Source of the DNA: an uncultured delta proteobacterium
GTDB taxonomy: Bacteria; Myxococcota_A; Polyangia; Polyangiales; Polyangiaceae
Direction of reading: 5' to 3'
Assembly (NCBI GenBank): GCA_963782055.1
Contig: CAWAIF010000003.1
Location: 4,640,001 to 4,704,000 of the forward strand
Length of the DNA: 64,000 nt
The notes beneath the pieces were generated by a model. That model worked only from the letters and a program-made list of their open reading frames with translations, did not search any database and was not told the DNA's origin. A program made the translations under genes and the position numbers. This document shows positions 1 to 10,968 of the stretch, in pieces; position 1 is the stretch's first letter; each line of letters begins with the position of its first letter.

Positions 1-290
1 TGTCGCTCGGAAGCTTCGTTGTTCTCCTCGTGGTCGCCGCCGCGATCGGCGGCATCGGCCAGATGATCGCCGGCTACACCCGCCTCGGCTGTCTCGGCTC
101 GATCGTCGTGGGCTTCGTCGGTGGAATGCTCGGCGTCTGGATGCAGCGGATGACCGGCGTGCACGATCTCTTCACGCTGACCATCGGCGGCCAGAGCTTC
201 CCCATCGCCTGGGCCATCGCCGGATCCGCCCTCTTCGTCGGGATCCTCGGCCTGCTCCAGCGCGGGGGCCGGCGCCTTCGCCACGCGTGA
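1..290 (+). CDS. GlsB/YeaQ/YmgE-family (transglycosylase-associated) small membrane protein, 5' end at window edge
   Basis: Hydrophobic Gly-rich ORF (GCLGSIVVGFVGGMLG...AIAGSALFV). The frame stays open to position 1, where 'tg' could be the end of an ATG. Confidence 0.75.
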   Translation, partial: SLGSFVVLLVVAAAIGGIGQMIAGYTRLGCLGSIVVGFVGGMLGVWMQRMTGVHDLFTLTIGGQSFPIAWAIAGSALFVGILGLLQRGGRRLRHA

Positions 291-1351
291 AGTTGCGTGA
301 ACCCGTCGCGCAAGGAGCCTATCCTCTCTCCACCATGGTGCACCCCTCTGGCGCGTTCGATGCGGGCCTTGCGCTGGCGGCCAGCCGCCTCGTGGAGGGA
401 TCCATGGGCGTCGTCCCGGGCGAGCGCGTCGTGCTCGTCCACGACGAGGCGCACCGCGAGATGGCCGAGCTGGTGACCGAGGCGATCCGCTCCATCCGCG
501 GGGAGGTCGTTGCGTTCTGCCTCGAACGGCTCGGCGCCCGGCCGCACCAGCGCCTGCACCCGCACATCGCCGAGGCGATGCTCGACTCCCTCGCCAGCCT
601 GATGCTCGTCGACTTCCACGCCGGTGAGCTCGGCATGCGCACCGAGCTGATCGACCTCGCCGCGCGCTACAAGCTGCGCCACGGCCACATGGTGGGCGTC
701 ACGCGCGAGTCGATGGTCGCGGGGTTCTCGGCGGACCCGCACGTCATCGCCGAGAAGATGCGCGCGCTCGTCGCGCGCCTGCGACCGGACTCGCGCATCT
801 CGGTCAAGAGCGAGGCCGGCACCAACCTCACCGCGCAGCTCGCGCCGACGGCGCGCTGGGTCGAGTACGGCACGGTCGTCACGCCCGGACGCCGCGTGAA
901 CCTCCCGGGCGGCGAGCTGGTCACCAGCCCCGCGTCGGTGGACGGCGTCTACGTCGCCGACGGCACCCTCGGCGACGCCGACGGCGCGCTCCGCCGCCGC
1001 GTCGGGGACGCGCCCGTCTCCCTGCGGCTCAAGGCGTCGCGCGTGGAGTCGGTGGAGTGCCCGCGCGATCCCATCCTGGAGCGTTCCATCTCGGAGCGGC
1101 TGATGCGCACCGCCAACCTGGACCGCGTCGGTCTGCTCAATTTCGGGCTGAACGTGGGGCTGGGCGCGCCGCTCGGGGACGTCTTCACCGATCAGAAGCT
1201 CCCCGGCGTGCACCTCTCCCTGGGCGAGACCTTCCCCGAGAAGACCGGCGCCGAGTGGACCTCGCGGAGCTGGATCGCGCTCACCACCGCGCGCTGCGAC
1301 GCCGACATCGATCGCCTCCCCATCCTGCGCAGCGGCCGCTATCTGGTCTGA
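287..1351 (+). CDS. M29/aminopeptidase T-like protein, probably catalytically degenerate
   Basis: PGERVVLVHD, GTNLT, NLPGGE, VDGVYVADG and GVHLSLG segments resemble thermophilic metallo-aminopeptidases; overlaps the upstream stop (GTGA). Confidence 0.7.
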   Translation: MKLREPVAQGAYPLSTMVHPSGAFDAGLALAASRLVEGSMGVVPGERVVLVHDEAHREMAELVTEAIRSIRGEVVAFCLERLGARPHQRLHPHIAEAMLDSLASLMLVDFHAGELGMRTELIDLAARYKLRHGHMVGVTRESMVAGFSADPHVIAEKMRALVARLRPDSRISVKSEAGTNLTAQLAPTARWVEYGTVVTPGRRVNLPGGELVTSPASVDGVYVADGTLGDADGALRRRVGDAPVSLRLKASRVESVECPRDPILERSISERLMRTANLDRVGLLNFGLNVGLGAPLGDVFTDQKLPGVHLSLGETFPEKTGAEWTSRSWIALTTARCDADIDRLPILRSGRYLV

Positions 1352-1381
1352 GGGGCGGCACGCGCCGCCCTCCCCGCCACC

Positions 1382-1825
1382 TCACAGGCCCTCCAGCACC
1401 TCCGCCAGCTCGGTCTGCGCGTCGGCCGGTAGGCGCTGCCCGAGAGAGCGGAGCAGCTCCGCCTCCCGGCGCGCGTGAACCGTGTATTCTGCATCGAATC
1501 GCCGGAAGAGGGAGACCGCCAGGTCCAGCTGCCTGGCGAGGTCCCCGCGCTCCTGCAGCGAGGCGATGCGGCTCGCCGCGCCGCAGATGCGGTCGTGCGC
1601 GGACTGCATCTCGGCGACGGCCGGCGTCTCGTCGGGGAGGTGCTCGAGCAGGAAGGGGAAGAGCCCCTCCTCCTCCCGCGCGAAGTGCTCGAACAGCTCG
1701 TCGGCCAGGACGGCGAGCGCCTCGACGAAGTCCTGGTCGATCTCCTTGCGCTCGACGCGACCGCGCAGCTCCGACACGCGTCGGCTGAGGGCGTCGTGCT
1801 CGTGCTCCAGCTTGGATAAGCCCAC
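1382..1825 (-). CDS. Hemerythrin-domain protein
   Basis: EH...HFAREEEGLFP...HDRI...HARRE pattern of the HHE/hemerythrin fold. Confidence 0.8.
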   Translation of the reverse strand: MGLSKLEHEHDALSRRVSELRGRVERKEIDQDFVEALAVLADELFEHFAREEEGLFPFLLEHLPDETPAVAEMQSAHDRICGAASRIASLQERGDLARQLDLAVSLFRRFDAEYTVHARREAELLRSLGQRLPADAQTELAEVLEGL

Positions 1826-1840
1826 GGGGTTGTCGTCCTC

Positions 1841-2368
1841 TCAGTGCGGCGCCAGCGAGTTTGGGATGATGGCCGCCATCTGCGCGCGGTTGATGGTGCC
1901 TCGCTCGTCCACCGAGTAGTCGTCCTGCTCGATCTTGAAGGTGCGCGTCCCGGTGACGTCGGCCTTGCCGATGAAGCGGTAGTTGATCTCGGGGTAGTTG
2001 AACGCCTCCTGCACGAGCTGGAAGGCGAGCGGCAGGGGCAGGGCGATGGGCACGCTCATCGACGTCGTCTTGCCGGCGGGCATCCACAGGCCGTCGGGCG
2101 GGGCCTGGAAGTTCAGGGCGAGGGGGTACCTGTCCGCCATGACGATCTGTCCGCGGACGGCCCGGACGGCGACATCGTAGGAGTTGGGGTTGTAGACGTC
2201 CACCACCACTGCCATCTGCACGCTGGGCGGGTAGCCGAGCTGCACGCCGGTGATCTCGGCGTGGTTCAGGTGCATGGTCGGCTTGCTGACGCACGCGAGG
2301 GTGGTGAGCGAGAGCAGGGCGAGGAAGAGCGCCGGCAGGAGGCGCGCGCGCGGGAGGAGGCGGAGCAC
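1841..2368 (-). CDS. LEA_2-like lipoprotein
   Basis: C-terminal part of ORF 1841..3913. Signal with TLAC lipobox, then VDVYNPNSYDVAV motif. GTG start 6 nt after TATACT. Confidence 0.7.
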   Translation of the reverse strand: MLRLLPRARLLPALFLALLSLTTLACVSKPTMHLNHAEITGVQLGYPPSVQMAVVVDVYNPNSYDVAVRAVRGQIVMADRYPLALNFQAPPDGLWMPAGKTTSMSVPIALPLPLAFQLVQEAFNYPEINYRFIGKADVTGTRTFKIEQDDYSVDERGTINRAQMAAIIPNSLAPH

Positions 2369-2518
2369 GACCGGAGTATAGTCGGCGGCGAGAGGCGGAG
2401 CACCTCGGCCGGAGCGCCGCCTGAAAAGCCGGGATCCCCGGCCTTGAGCGCCGGCGGGCGCGAGGGGGCGCGGGCGGTCGCGAGGGGACGCGAGTGGGTG
2501 CGCCGAGGATGACGGAAC

Positions 2519-4039
2519 GTGGCTTGCAGTCCGGATCCTGTGCGCTCCGCTCTCCTCTGCTTCGCGACGTGTCTCGTGGCCTGCTCGTCGGCGGATGGGC
2601 CGCTCCCCTCCGGGGGCGACGCCGGCGCCGACGGCGCGATGGTCGTGCCCGACGTGGACGCGGGCGGCATCACCGACGCCGCGGTCGACGCGGCGGCGGA
2701 CGCCTTCGTCCCCTGCACCACGGTCGTCTCGTATGGATCCGCGTGGATCCACGGGCCGAACCACCCGGCCTCGTACGACGTCGCGAAGGGCGCGGTGACC
2801 TGGGATGGCGCGTGCGTCGACGACGGCGCCAACTCCTACGCCATGCTCTCCAACGGATGGAAGCCGTACTTCCAGGGGCACGGCGCGTGCGTCATCGCGC
2901 TCGACCACGCGGGGAGCTGCGCCGCGGGCAAGACGTGCTCGACGCGCGTCTCCTACGGCAGCGCGTGGCTCGCAGCCCAGAACCACCCCGACACCTTCGA
3001 CGACGTGGCCGGGCGCGCCTTCTCCGACGGCCTCTGCCACACCGCCGGCGCCGACTCCTACGCCGACCTCTCCAACGGCTGGCAGCCGCACTTCGCCGGC
3101 CACGGCACGTGCGAGCTCTCCTTCGAGTACACGCAGTGCGGCGGGCTGTACGACAACCCGGTCATCCCCTTCGACTGCCCCGATCCCGGCGTGCTCGCCG
3201 ACGGAAAGCAGTACGTGCTCACCTGCACCTCCGGCAACGCGGCGGACGCCTTCCCCATCTTCACCTCCAAGGACCTGGTGCACTGGAGCGCGAAGGGTCA
3301 CGTCTTCCCGGCGGGGCAGCACCCCGCGTGGGCGAAGAGCGACTTCTGGGCGCCGGAGATCCACAAGGTGGGCTCGCACTACGTCGCCTACTTCTCGGCG
3401 CGCGATCAGGGCGGCGTGCTCAGCGTGGGCGCGGCGTCGGCGACCTCCCCGCTCGGCCCCTTCACCGACCTCGGCAAGCCGCTGCTCCACGATCCCCAGA
3501 TGGGCCTCATCGACGCGAGCGAGATCACCGCGAAGGGGACGCCTTACGTCCTGTGGAAGGAGGACGGCAACGCCGTCGGCAAGAAGACGCCCATCCACGC
3601 GCAGCAGCTCGCGCCCGACGGCCTCTCGGTCGTGGGCGGCGCCAGCACCCTCATCACCAACGATCAGGGCTGGGAGGGCTCGCTGGTCGAGGGCCCCTTC
3701 ATGGTCGCGCACGGCGGCAGCTACTACCTCTTCTACAGCGGCAACTTCTACGCGTCGGCGAGCTACGCCATCGGCGTCGCCCGCGCGAGCTCGCCGCTCG
3801 GCCCCTTCACCAAGGCGCCGGGGCCCATCCTCACCTCGCGCGGCGCGTGGGCGGGCCCGGGCCACTGCTCGGTCGTCGACACCCCGGCGGGCGACACCTA
3901 CGTCGTCTACCACGCGTGGGAGAGCAGCTCGGTGGGCGGCGCGCCCGGACGGCTGGTGCTCACCGACGCGATCGGCTGGAGCAACGGCTGGCCGTCGGTG
4001 CCGCTCGCGCCGTCGTCCACGACGCGACCCACGCCGTGA
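2519..4039 (+). CDS. Glycoside hydrolase family 43 lipoprotein with duplicated N-terminal Cys-containing module
   Basis: LVAC lipobox; GH43 motifs CPDPGV, SKDLVHW, FWAPEI, IDAS, VEGPF, GPGHCS. Confidence 0.85.
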   Translation: MACSPDPVRSALLCFATCLVACSSADGPLPSGGDAGADGAMVVPDVDAGGITDAAVDAAADAFVPCTTVVSYGSAWIHGPNHPASYDVAKGAVTWDGACVDDGANSYAMLSNGWKPYFQGHGACVIALDHAGSCAAGKTCSTRVSYGSAWLAAQNHPDTFDDVAGRAFSDGLCHTAGADSYADLSNGWQPHFAGHGTCELSFEYTQCGGLYDNPVIPFDCPDPGVLADGKQYVLTCTSGNAADAFPIFTSKDLVHWSAKGHVFPAGQHPAWAKSDFWAPEIHKVGSHYVAYFSARDQGGVLSVGAASATSPLGPFTDLGKPLLHDPQMGLIDASEITAKGTPYVLWKEDGNAVGKKTPIHAQQLAPDGLSVVGGASTLITNDQGWEGSLVEGPFMVAHGGSYYLFYSGNFYASASYAIGVARASSPLGPFTKAPGPILTSRGAWAGPGHCSVVDTPAGDTYVVYHAWESSSVGGAPGRLVLTDAIGWSNGWPSVPLAPSSTTRPTP

Positions 4040-4046
4040 CGCGCGG

Positions 4047-5051
4047 TCACCCGCGGCGGAAGGTGAGCTTCACCCCGCCTTGACCGCCGAGCAAGAGCTC
4101 GGTGCCGGCGTCCTGCAGCTCGACGCGACGCACGCGCGCGCCCCTCTGGTAGGTGCCGTTGGTGGAGCCGGTGTCGAAGGCGAAGACCTTGTCCCCGTCG
4201 CGCAGGAGCAGCAGGTGCGCGCGCGAGACGACGTCGGAGAGCACGCGCCGCAGCCCGCCGTCGAAGCACTGGTCGGCGCGGCCGATGAGCACGCCGCGGT
4301 CCAGGTCGGCGTCGGTCACCTCCACCGACGCGCCGCGGCCCTCGCGCTCCACGGTGATGCGCGAGCGTCCTGGGCCGACGGCCACGCCGACGAGCTGGAT
4401 GCCGGTGACCGGCGGCAGCGACGCGACGGAGCTGGGGCTCCGGTAGGGGTGTCCCTCGTCCCTGCCGCCTCCCAGCGTCTTGCGCGGCGGCGCGGCCATC
4501 TCGTGCACCTCCACCCTCGCGTCGTCCACCGAGGGCTCCCCCTCCGTCACCAGCGCGCGCTCCACGATGGGCAGCGCCGCCAGCACGTAGCGCCCGAGGC
4601 GCAGGCGCAGCGGGCCGGTCGCCACCAGCGACCGACGCGGCACGTCGTCGCCCAGGAACATGGGGCACTTGCCGAAGAGGTCGAGCAGCCGCAGGGCCAC
4701 GTTGCCGTCCTCCAGCACGTACGAGGTCGCCAGGAGCTGCCGCAGGGAGATCTCCGGGTCGGAGCCGAGCACCGCGTCGCACGAGGTGTGGCGCCCGATG
4801 ACGGCGTAGCGGCCGGGCCGCGCCTCAAGGTCCAGGAAGCCCATCTCCGGCGGGAGCGCCCAGAAGAGGCGGTAGCCCGTCTCCACCGCGGGCGGGCGCA
4901 TCGTCGCGCCCTGCCGCGCCCACGCGTAGCCGCTCGCCAGCTCCTCGGCGTCGATGCGCGGCCCATCGGGCAGCGACGCGAAGATCGTCTGCGGATTGCG
5001 CGGCGGCGCCTCGGGGGAAGCCGGCGGCGGCTGCGTGGGGCGGTCGGTCAT
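4047..5051 (-). CDS. FHA-domain protein (two FHA-like modules)
   Basis: VIGRHTSCD...ISLRQ and LIGRADQC...VSRAH...DTGSTNGTY; start MTDRP overlaps the stop of the panE-like gene. Confidence 0.75.
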   Translation of the reverse strand: MTDRPTQPPPASPEAPPRNPQTIFASLPDGPRIDAEELASGYAWARQGATMRPPAVETGYRLFWALPPEMGFLDLEARPGRYAVIGRHTSCDAVLGSDPEISLRQLLATSYVLEDGNVALRLLDLFGKCPMFLGDDVPRRSLVATGPLRLRLGRYVLAALPIVERALVTEGEPSVDDARVEVHEMAAPPRKTLGGGRDEGHPYRSPSSVASLPPVTGIQLVGVAVGPGRSRITVEREGRGASVEVTDADLDRGVLIGRADQCFDGGLRRVLSDVVSRAHLLLLRDGDKVFAFDTGSTNGTYQRGARVRRVELQDAGTELLLGGQGGVKLTFRRG

Positions 5052-6094
5052 TCCCTGCCGTGCGGACCCGTCGCCTCGTAGAGATCGCGCAGCACCGCCA
5101 TCCCCGGCGTCGTCCGCCCGCGCGCCACCTCCCACACCAGCTCGCGCACGCGCGCGTTGACCGGCGTGGCGACGCCCAGGGCGGCGCCGCGCGTGACGAT
5201 CTCCCCGTTCAGGAAGTCCACCGCGGGGGTGCGGCCGCGCTCGATGGCGGAGAGCATGCTGGAGCGCATGCGCCGGTAGCGGAAGCCGACGGCCATGAGC
5301 AGCGCGTGCTTGGCCACCAGCGTCGGCGAGCCGGCGGCGAGGGACTCCTCCTCGGTGAGGGCGACCCAGTCCAGGTCGATGGTGCCGCTCACCTTCTCCA
5401 GGGCGACGCCCAGCTTGCGTGCAACATGCACGCATTCTGTCATGATCTCCAGACCGAGGCGCCGGACGACGCGGTGCTGCAACAGCGCGCCCAGGCGGTC
5501 GCCCCCCAGGGTGCCGAGGGAGGAGATGGCGGCGTTGATCGCCAGCTTGCTCCACCGCTTGCCCGCGAGGTTCGTCGTGGTCTCCACCGGGCCGATCGCC
5601 TCCAGCGCGCGGCCCAGCTCGGCGAGGCGCGGGGAGAGCGTGCCGTCGTGTGCGCCGAGGGCGAAGCCCCCCTGCGCGGTGCGGTCGTAGAGGCCAGGCT
5701 CGGGCATGGCCGCGCCCCACGCCACGACCGCGCCGACGGTGCGCGCCTCCCCGGCGATGGCCGCCACGCGCGGCTCGCACAGGCCGTTCTGCAGGCACAC
5801 CATCAGGCCGTCGGGGGCCAGCGCCGGCAGCGCCATGCGCGCCGCGGTCTCCACCTGGGGCGGTTGCGTGCAGAGCAGCACGAACTCCACGGGCGTCTCG
5901 GGGAGCTGCTCCACCACCGGCACGCGCACCGACCGCGGCGCGCCGTCCCCGCGGAGCTGCAGGCCGCCCCGGCGCACCGCCTCGGCGATGGCGGCGTTGG
6001 TGGTGAAGGCGGTCACGTCCTGCCCGCTCTCGGCGAGCAGGGCGGAGGCGACGCCACCGATGCCGCCGCAGCCCATCACCAGAAACCGTCCCAT
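5048..6094 (-). CDS. panE: 2-dehydropantoate 2-reductase (ketopantoate reductase family)
   Basis: GCGGIG Rossmann motif, CLQNG, WSKLAIN, SSMLSAIERGR...DFLNG. Confidence 0.8.
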   Translation of the reverse strand: MGRFLVMGCGGIGGVASALLAESGQDVTAFTTNAAIAEAVRRGGLQLRGDGAPRSVRVPVVEQLPETPVEFVLLCTQPPQVETAARMALPALAPDGLMVCLQNGLCEPRVAAIAGEARTVGAVVAWGAAMPEPGLYDRTAQGGFALGAHDGTLSPRLAELGRALEAIGPVETTTNLAGKRWSKLAINAAISSLGTLGGDRLGALLQHRVVRRLGLEIMTECVHVARKLGVALEKVSGTIDLDWVALTEEESLAAGSPTLVAKHALLMAVGFRYRRMRSSMLSAIERGRTPAVDFLNGEIVTRGAALGVATPVNARVRELVWEVARGRTTPGMAVLRDLYEATGPHGRE

Positions 6095-6208
6095 TCGCGT
6101 GCGTTACCCCATTTTTCGCCGCGCCACTACCTGCCCGGTTCTCCCTCCGCTCCGGACGACCCAAAGAGGCTTGACCCTCCGCGACGCGCCGTACAAGGTG
6201 CGCGCTGC

Positions 6209-7267
6209 ATGCGACCCCGCACGATCCTCTCCGCCCTCGCGCTGCTCGCCATCCCGGCCCTCCTCGCCTGCCACGACGACAAGTCGCAGGCGCAGACGCA
6301 GCCGGCGTTCTCCGCCAAGCCCATCCCCAGCGGCCTCGTCTACAACTCCTTCTTCGCCGACAAGAAGGCGGCGGCGGAGGCCGTGGTCGTGTCCCCCGAC
6401 GGCGGGGCGATCGACGCCGGGCCCGCGGCCGCGGGCGCCGCCAAGCTCAACGACCCCGGGTCGGAGCCGCGCACCGCGCTCAGCTACCACTTCGCGCTCG
6501 GCAAGCCGAAGACGGTGGTCGCGACCATCACCGCCTCGGTGGAGGGCAAGGGCATGCGCGGCATGTCGCAGTCGCAGCCTCCCATCCGGATCAGCTTCGC
6601 CGTCACGCCCAAGACGCACAACGTCGCGACACACGTGGTCCACTTCGAGACGAAGGTGACGCACGTGGAGATCGTCGCCGACGAGGGCGGCCTCCCGCCG
6701 GACGTGGCGCAGGTCGCCGGCGCGCTGGACAAGGCCCTCGCGGGGATCGACGGCAGCTTCGACGCCTCGACCGCGGGCGTGATCACCAACGTCAAGTTCA
6801 ACGCCATGAAGATGCCCGCGCAGCTCGAGCAGTTCGCCGACCTGCTGCAGAAGACCTTCGAGCTGCTGATCGTCCCGCTCCCGGCGGAGCCGGTGGGCGT
6901 CGGCGCCAAGTGGACGACCTTCTCCGCCGGACCGGCCAACTCCAAGGACGAGGGGGAGACGGCGACGGTGACACTGCTCTCGCAGAGCGGCGACGCCCTC
7001 AGCGTGAAGATCGACACCGTGCTCGCGACGAGCATCACCCCGCTGGACGACCCGCAGGCCCCGCCAGGCACCACCGTCAAGACCGACGGCAGCACCTCCT
7101 ACGAGATGGACCTGCGCCTGGACGGCATCGCCCAGAAGGGCGACGGACACGAGACGATGACCAAGACGATCACCGTCCCCGGCAAGGGCACGCAGACGAT
7201 CGATCAGAAGATCGCCGAGACGATCGCCACCGTCGCCGGGGCGGCACACGCCACCCCGCCCCACTGA
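6209..7267 (+). CDS. Hypothetical lipoprotein
   Basis: MRPRTILSALALLAIPALLAC lipobox; beta-rich body with LPAEPVGVGAKW; typical codon usage. Confidence 0.75.
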   Translation: MRPRTILSALALLAIPALLACHDDKSQAQTQPAFSAKPIPSGLVYNSFFADKKAAAEAVVVSPDGGAIDAGPAAAGAAKLNDPGSEPRTALSYHFALGKPKTVVATITASVEGKGMRGMSQSQPPIRISFAVTPKTHNVATHVVHFETKVTHVEIVADEGGLPPDVAQVAGALDKALAGIDGSFDASTAGVITNVKFNAMKMPAQLEQFADLLQKTFELLIVPLPAEPVGVGAKWTTFSAGPANSKDEGETATVTLLSQSGDALSVKIDTVLATSITPLDDPQAPPGTTVKTDGSTSYEMDLRLDGIAQKGDGHETMTKTITVPGKGTQTIDQKIAETIATVAGAAHATPPH

Positions 7268-7279
7268 AGTGTCCCGACT

Positions 7280-7324
7280 CCCCCTCTCCACGAAGTGGAG
7301 AGGGGGCCGGTGAGGGGGGTGAGG
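7280..7324. repeat. REP-like palindromic repeat, copy A (possible bidirectional terminator)
   Basis: 12-bp stem CCCCCTCTCCAC-GAA-GTGGAGAGGGGG plus a CCTCACCCC arm (minus strand), between convergent genes; same core at 32567-32590. Confidence 0.75.
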
Positions 7325-7325
7325 C

Positions 7326-8642
<1,317 letters not shown>

Positions 8643-8654
8643 GATGATGTGCTC

Positions 8655-9626
8655 CTACTTGTGCTTGTTCGACGAGGCCGCCCGACGGGCGACCATGACT
8701 TGCCAGCCGAGATGAGAGTCCGGCCCACTACCACGCAACGCACCCGCGAGGGGTGACACCTTGGCGTCCTCGAAGCCCGCGTCCTTCGCGAAGCGGACGA
8801 GCTCCTTCGGCTCGAAGCCGAGCCAGAGGTCGGCCTGATCGCGCATGCGCTCGTCGTCGTGGCGGGCGTAGTCCAGCACCACGAGCGCGGCGCCGGGACG
8901 GCAGAGCTCGGCCAGCTTCTTCACGACCATCGCCGGCTTGGGGGCGTGGTGCAGCACGCGCACGGCGAAGACCGCGTCGGCCTTGTGGCCCGCGGCGCGC
9001 AGGACCTCCGGCGCGTCCAGCTCCCCCCGCACGAGCTGCACGTTGGCAAAGCCCCGGTGCTTCACCCGCGCGCGCGCCATGGCGAGCTGCGCCTCCGAGC
9101 GGTCCACCGCGACCACCCGATCGAACACCGGGGCGAGCACCTCCAGCATCCCGCCGTCGCCCGTGCCGGCGTCCACCGCGAGGCCGCGGCGCGCGAGGAG
9201 CGGGGCGAGGGCGGCGAGGTACGCCCCCAGCTCGGCCGGCGGGCCGCCGAGCTCACCCTTGCCGCGCGGCTTCTCGAAGTACTCGCGGGCCGCCGCGTCG
9301 CGCGCGCGCACCACCTCGGCCAGCCGGGTGGCGCTGCCGTCGGCCTCGGTGAGGGCGCGGCCGCTGCGCAGGGCGTCGGCCACGACGGGATCGCCGTCGT
9401 CGCGCAGGCTCACCAGGCTGCGCGTCCCCTCCTTGCGCAGCACGACCAGCCCGCCCTGCCGCAGCGCCCCCACGTGGCGGGAGACGTTGGGCTGACTCTC
9501 GCCCAGCAGCTCGGCCAGCTCGCCGATGGCGAGCTCTTCCTCGGCCACCAGCGCGAGCAGGCGCAGGCGCACCGGCTCGGAGAGGACCCGGTAGAGCTCC
9601 CAGCGCTGAGGGGCGACGTCCAGCAC
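8655..9626 (-). CDS. sahR: ArsR-family regulator with C-terminal SAM-methyltransferase domain (SahR-like)
   Basis: ArsR HTH (RLRLLAL...ELAELLGESQPNVSRH) plus VDAGTGDG...VLHH...WLGF; directly upstream of ahcY on the same strand. Start is approximate. Confidence 0.85.
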   Translation of the reverse strand: MLDVAPQRWELYRVLSEPVRLRLLALVAEEELAIGELAELLGESQPNVSRHVGALRQGGLVVLRKEGTRSLVSLRDDGDPVVADALRSGRALTEADGSATRLAEVVRARDAAAREYFEKPRGKGELGGPPAELGAYLAALAPLLARRGLAVDAGTGDGGMLEVLAPVFDRVVAVDRSEAQLAMARARVKHRGFANVQLVRGELDAPEVLRAAGHKADAVFAVRVLHHAPKPAMVVKKLAELCRPGAALVVLDYARHDDERMRDQADLWLGFEPKELVRFAKDAGFEDAKVSPLAGALRGSGPDSHLGWQVMVARRAASSNKHK

Positions 9627-9630
9627 AGGG

Positions 9631-9656
9631 CATATATACGTCCATGCGGATGAAAG
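9631..9656. promoter_or_regulatory. Candidate SahR operator / AT-rich promoter
   Basis: Imperfect palindrome ATACG-TCCATG-CGGAT within a locally AT-rich stretch just upstream of sahR. Confidence 0.35.
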
Positions 9657-9754
9657 TAAATAGACGCTCAGGCGGCGCCCGTCTCCCGCAGCAGGCGCGC
9701 CACCGCCTCGTCCAGTGACCGCGCGCTCGTCTTCTGCGCGACGTGGCTCGCGTG

Positions 9755-9955
9755 CGCGTCCACGGGCAAGCTCTACGCGCTCAAGAGTGGCGCGGTCGGC
9801 TGGCGGCTCCACGCCCTCGACGTCCCCTCGGCACCTCCGTCGCCATCACCGGCGACGTCCCCGCGTCGCCCGCCTCCCCGTGGTCGATGGCCTACGACGC
9901 GCGCGACGGCAACCTCTATGTCGTCGACGTGGTCGACCGCACTCGCAAGCGGCGG
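9755..9955 (+). pseudogene. Frameshifted fragment of a beta-propeller-like gene
   Basis: One frame reads ASTGKLYALKSGAVGWRLHALDVP, then another frame reads LGTSVAITGDVP...WSMAYDARDGNLYVVD; no credible start. Confidence 0.4.
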
Positions 9956-10095
9956 GATCGCAGGCGCAAACGCCTTCCAGCGCCAGCAGCTCGCTCCGTG
10001 GCCGTGAGCCGTGGACCGCTCCGTTAGCCTGCGGGCGGGCTCGGGGTGACATTTTCGGCGTGCCGCTGCGGGCGCGATGAACTAGGTACCCGGCC

Positions 10096-10902
10096 GTGAG
10101 CGAGCGCTTCGCCTTCGGCAAGAACTGGCAGGCCTTCCGCCGCGAGGCGATGGACGACGGGCGCGTCGTGGAGGCGCAGGACGGCCTGGTGCGCCTGCTC
10201 GGGCAGCACGGCGTCGAGGACAGGACCTTCCTCGACATCGGGTCGGGCAGCGGGCTCATGTCCCTCGCCGCCGTCCGCCTCGGGGCCCGGCGCGTGGTGA
10301 GCTTCGACTACGACGCCGACTCCGTCGCCTGCACCGAGGCGCTGCGCCGCGAGCACGCGCCCCAGGCGGCGTGGGAGGTGACGCGCGGCTCGGTGCTCGA
10401 CGAGCCGTTCGTGCGCGGCCTGGGGACCTTCGACGTCGTCTACTCGTGGGGGGTGCTTCACCACACCGGGGACATGTGGCGCGCCATCGAGCTGGCGACG
10501 CTCCCCGTCGCCCCCTCCGGCCGGCTGGTGCTCGCCATCTACAACAAGGTGCGCGGGCACCTCGGCACGCTGGGGTCGGAGTCGTGGCACGCCATCAAGA
10601 AGGCGTACGTCTCCGGCGGGCGCGCGCGGCAAGAGGCCATGGTGGCGGGCTACTTCCTCTGGCGAGTCTCCATCGCCCTGCAGAAGCGCAAGCACCCCCT
10701 GTCGGAGATGCGCGAGCGCAAGGCGCGAGGCATGTCCTTCTTCCACGACACGCGCGACTGGCTGGGCGGCTACCCCTACGAGTACGCGAGCGCGATGGAG
10801 GTGGCCGACTTCCTCACTGCGCGCGGCTTCGCGACCGAGCGCCTCCTCGAGGTCCACCCGGACGGCTGGGGCTGCAACGAATTCGTCCTCACGCGCGACT
10901 AG
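10096..10902 (+). CDS. Class I SAM-dependent methyltransferase
   Basis: FLDIGSGSG, FDVVYSWGVLHHTG, DWLGGYPYE. Confidence 0.9.
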   Translation: MSERFAFGKNWQAFRREAMDDGRVVEAQDGLVRLLGQHGVEDRTFLDIGSGSGLMSLAAVRLGARRVVSFDYDADSVACTEALRREHAPQAAWEVTRGSVLDEPFVRGLGTFDVVYSWGVLHHTGDMWRAIELATLPVAPSGRLVLAIYNKVRGHLGTLGSESWHAIKKAYVSGGRARQEAMVAGYFLWRVSIALQKRKHPLSEMRERKARGMSFFHDTRDWLGGYPYEYASAMEVADFLTARGFATERLLEVHPDGWGCNEFVLTRD

Positions 10903-10968
10903 GCGTCCCGCTCTGAGTACAATCTTTTACATCCTCCCGCGCCGGACGGCGGTAACTGTGGCGTTTCA

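Noticed and set aside
8643..8700. SAH/SAM riboswitch upstream of ahcY
   Set aside because: Only 12 nt separate sahR from ahcY, leaving no room.
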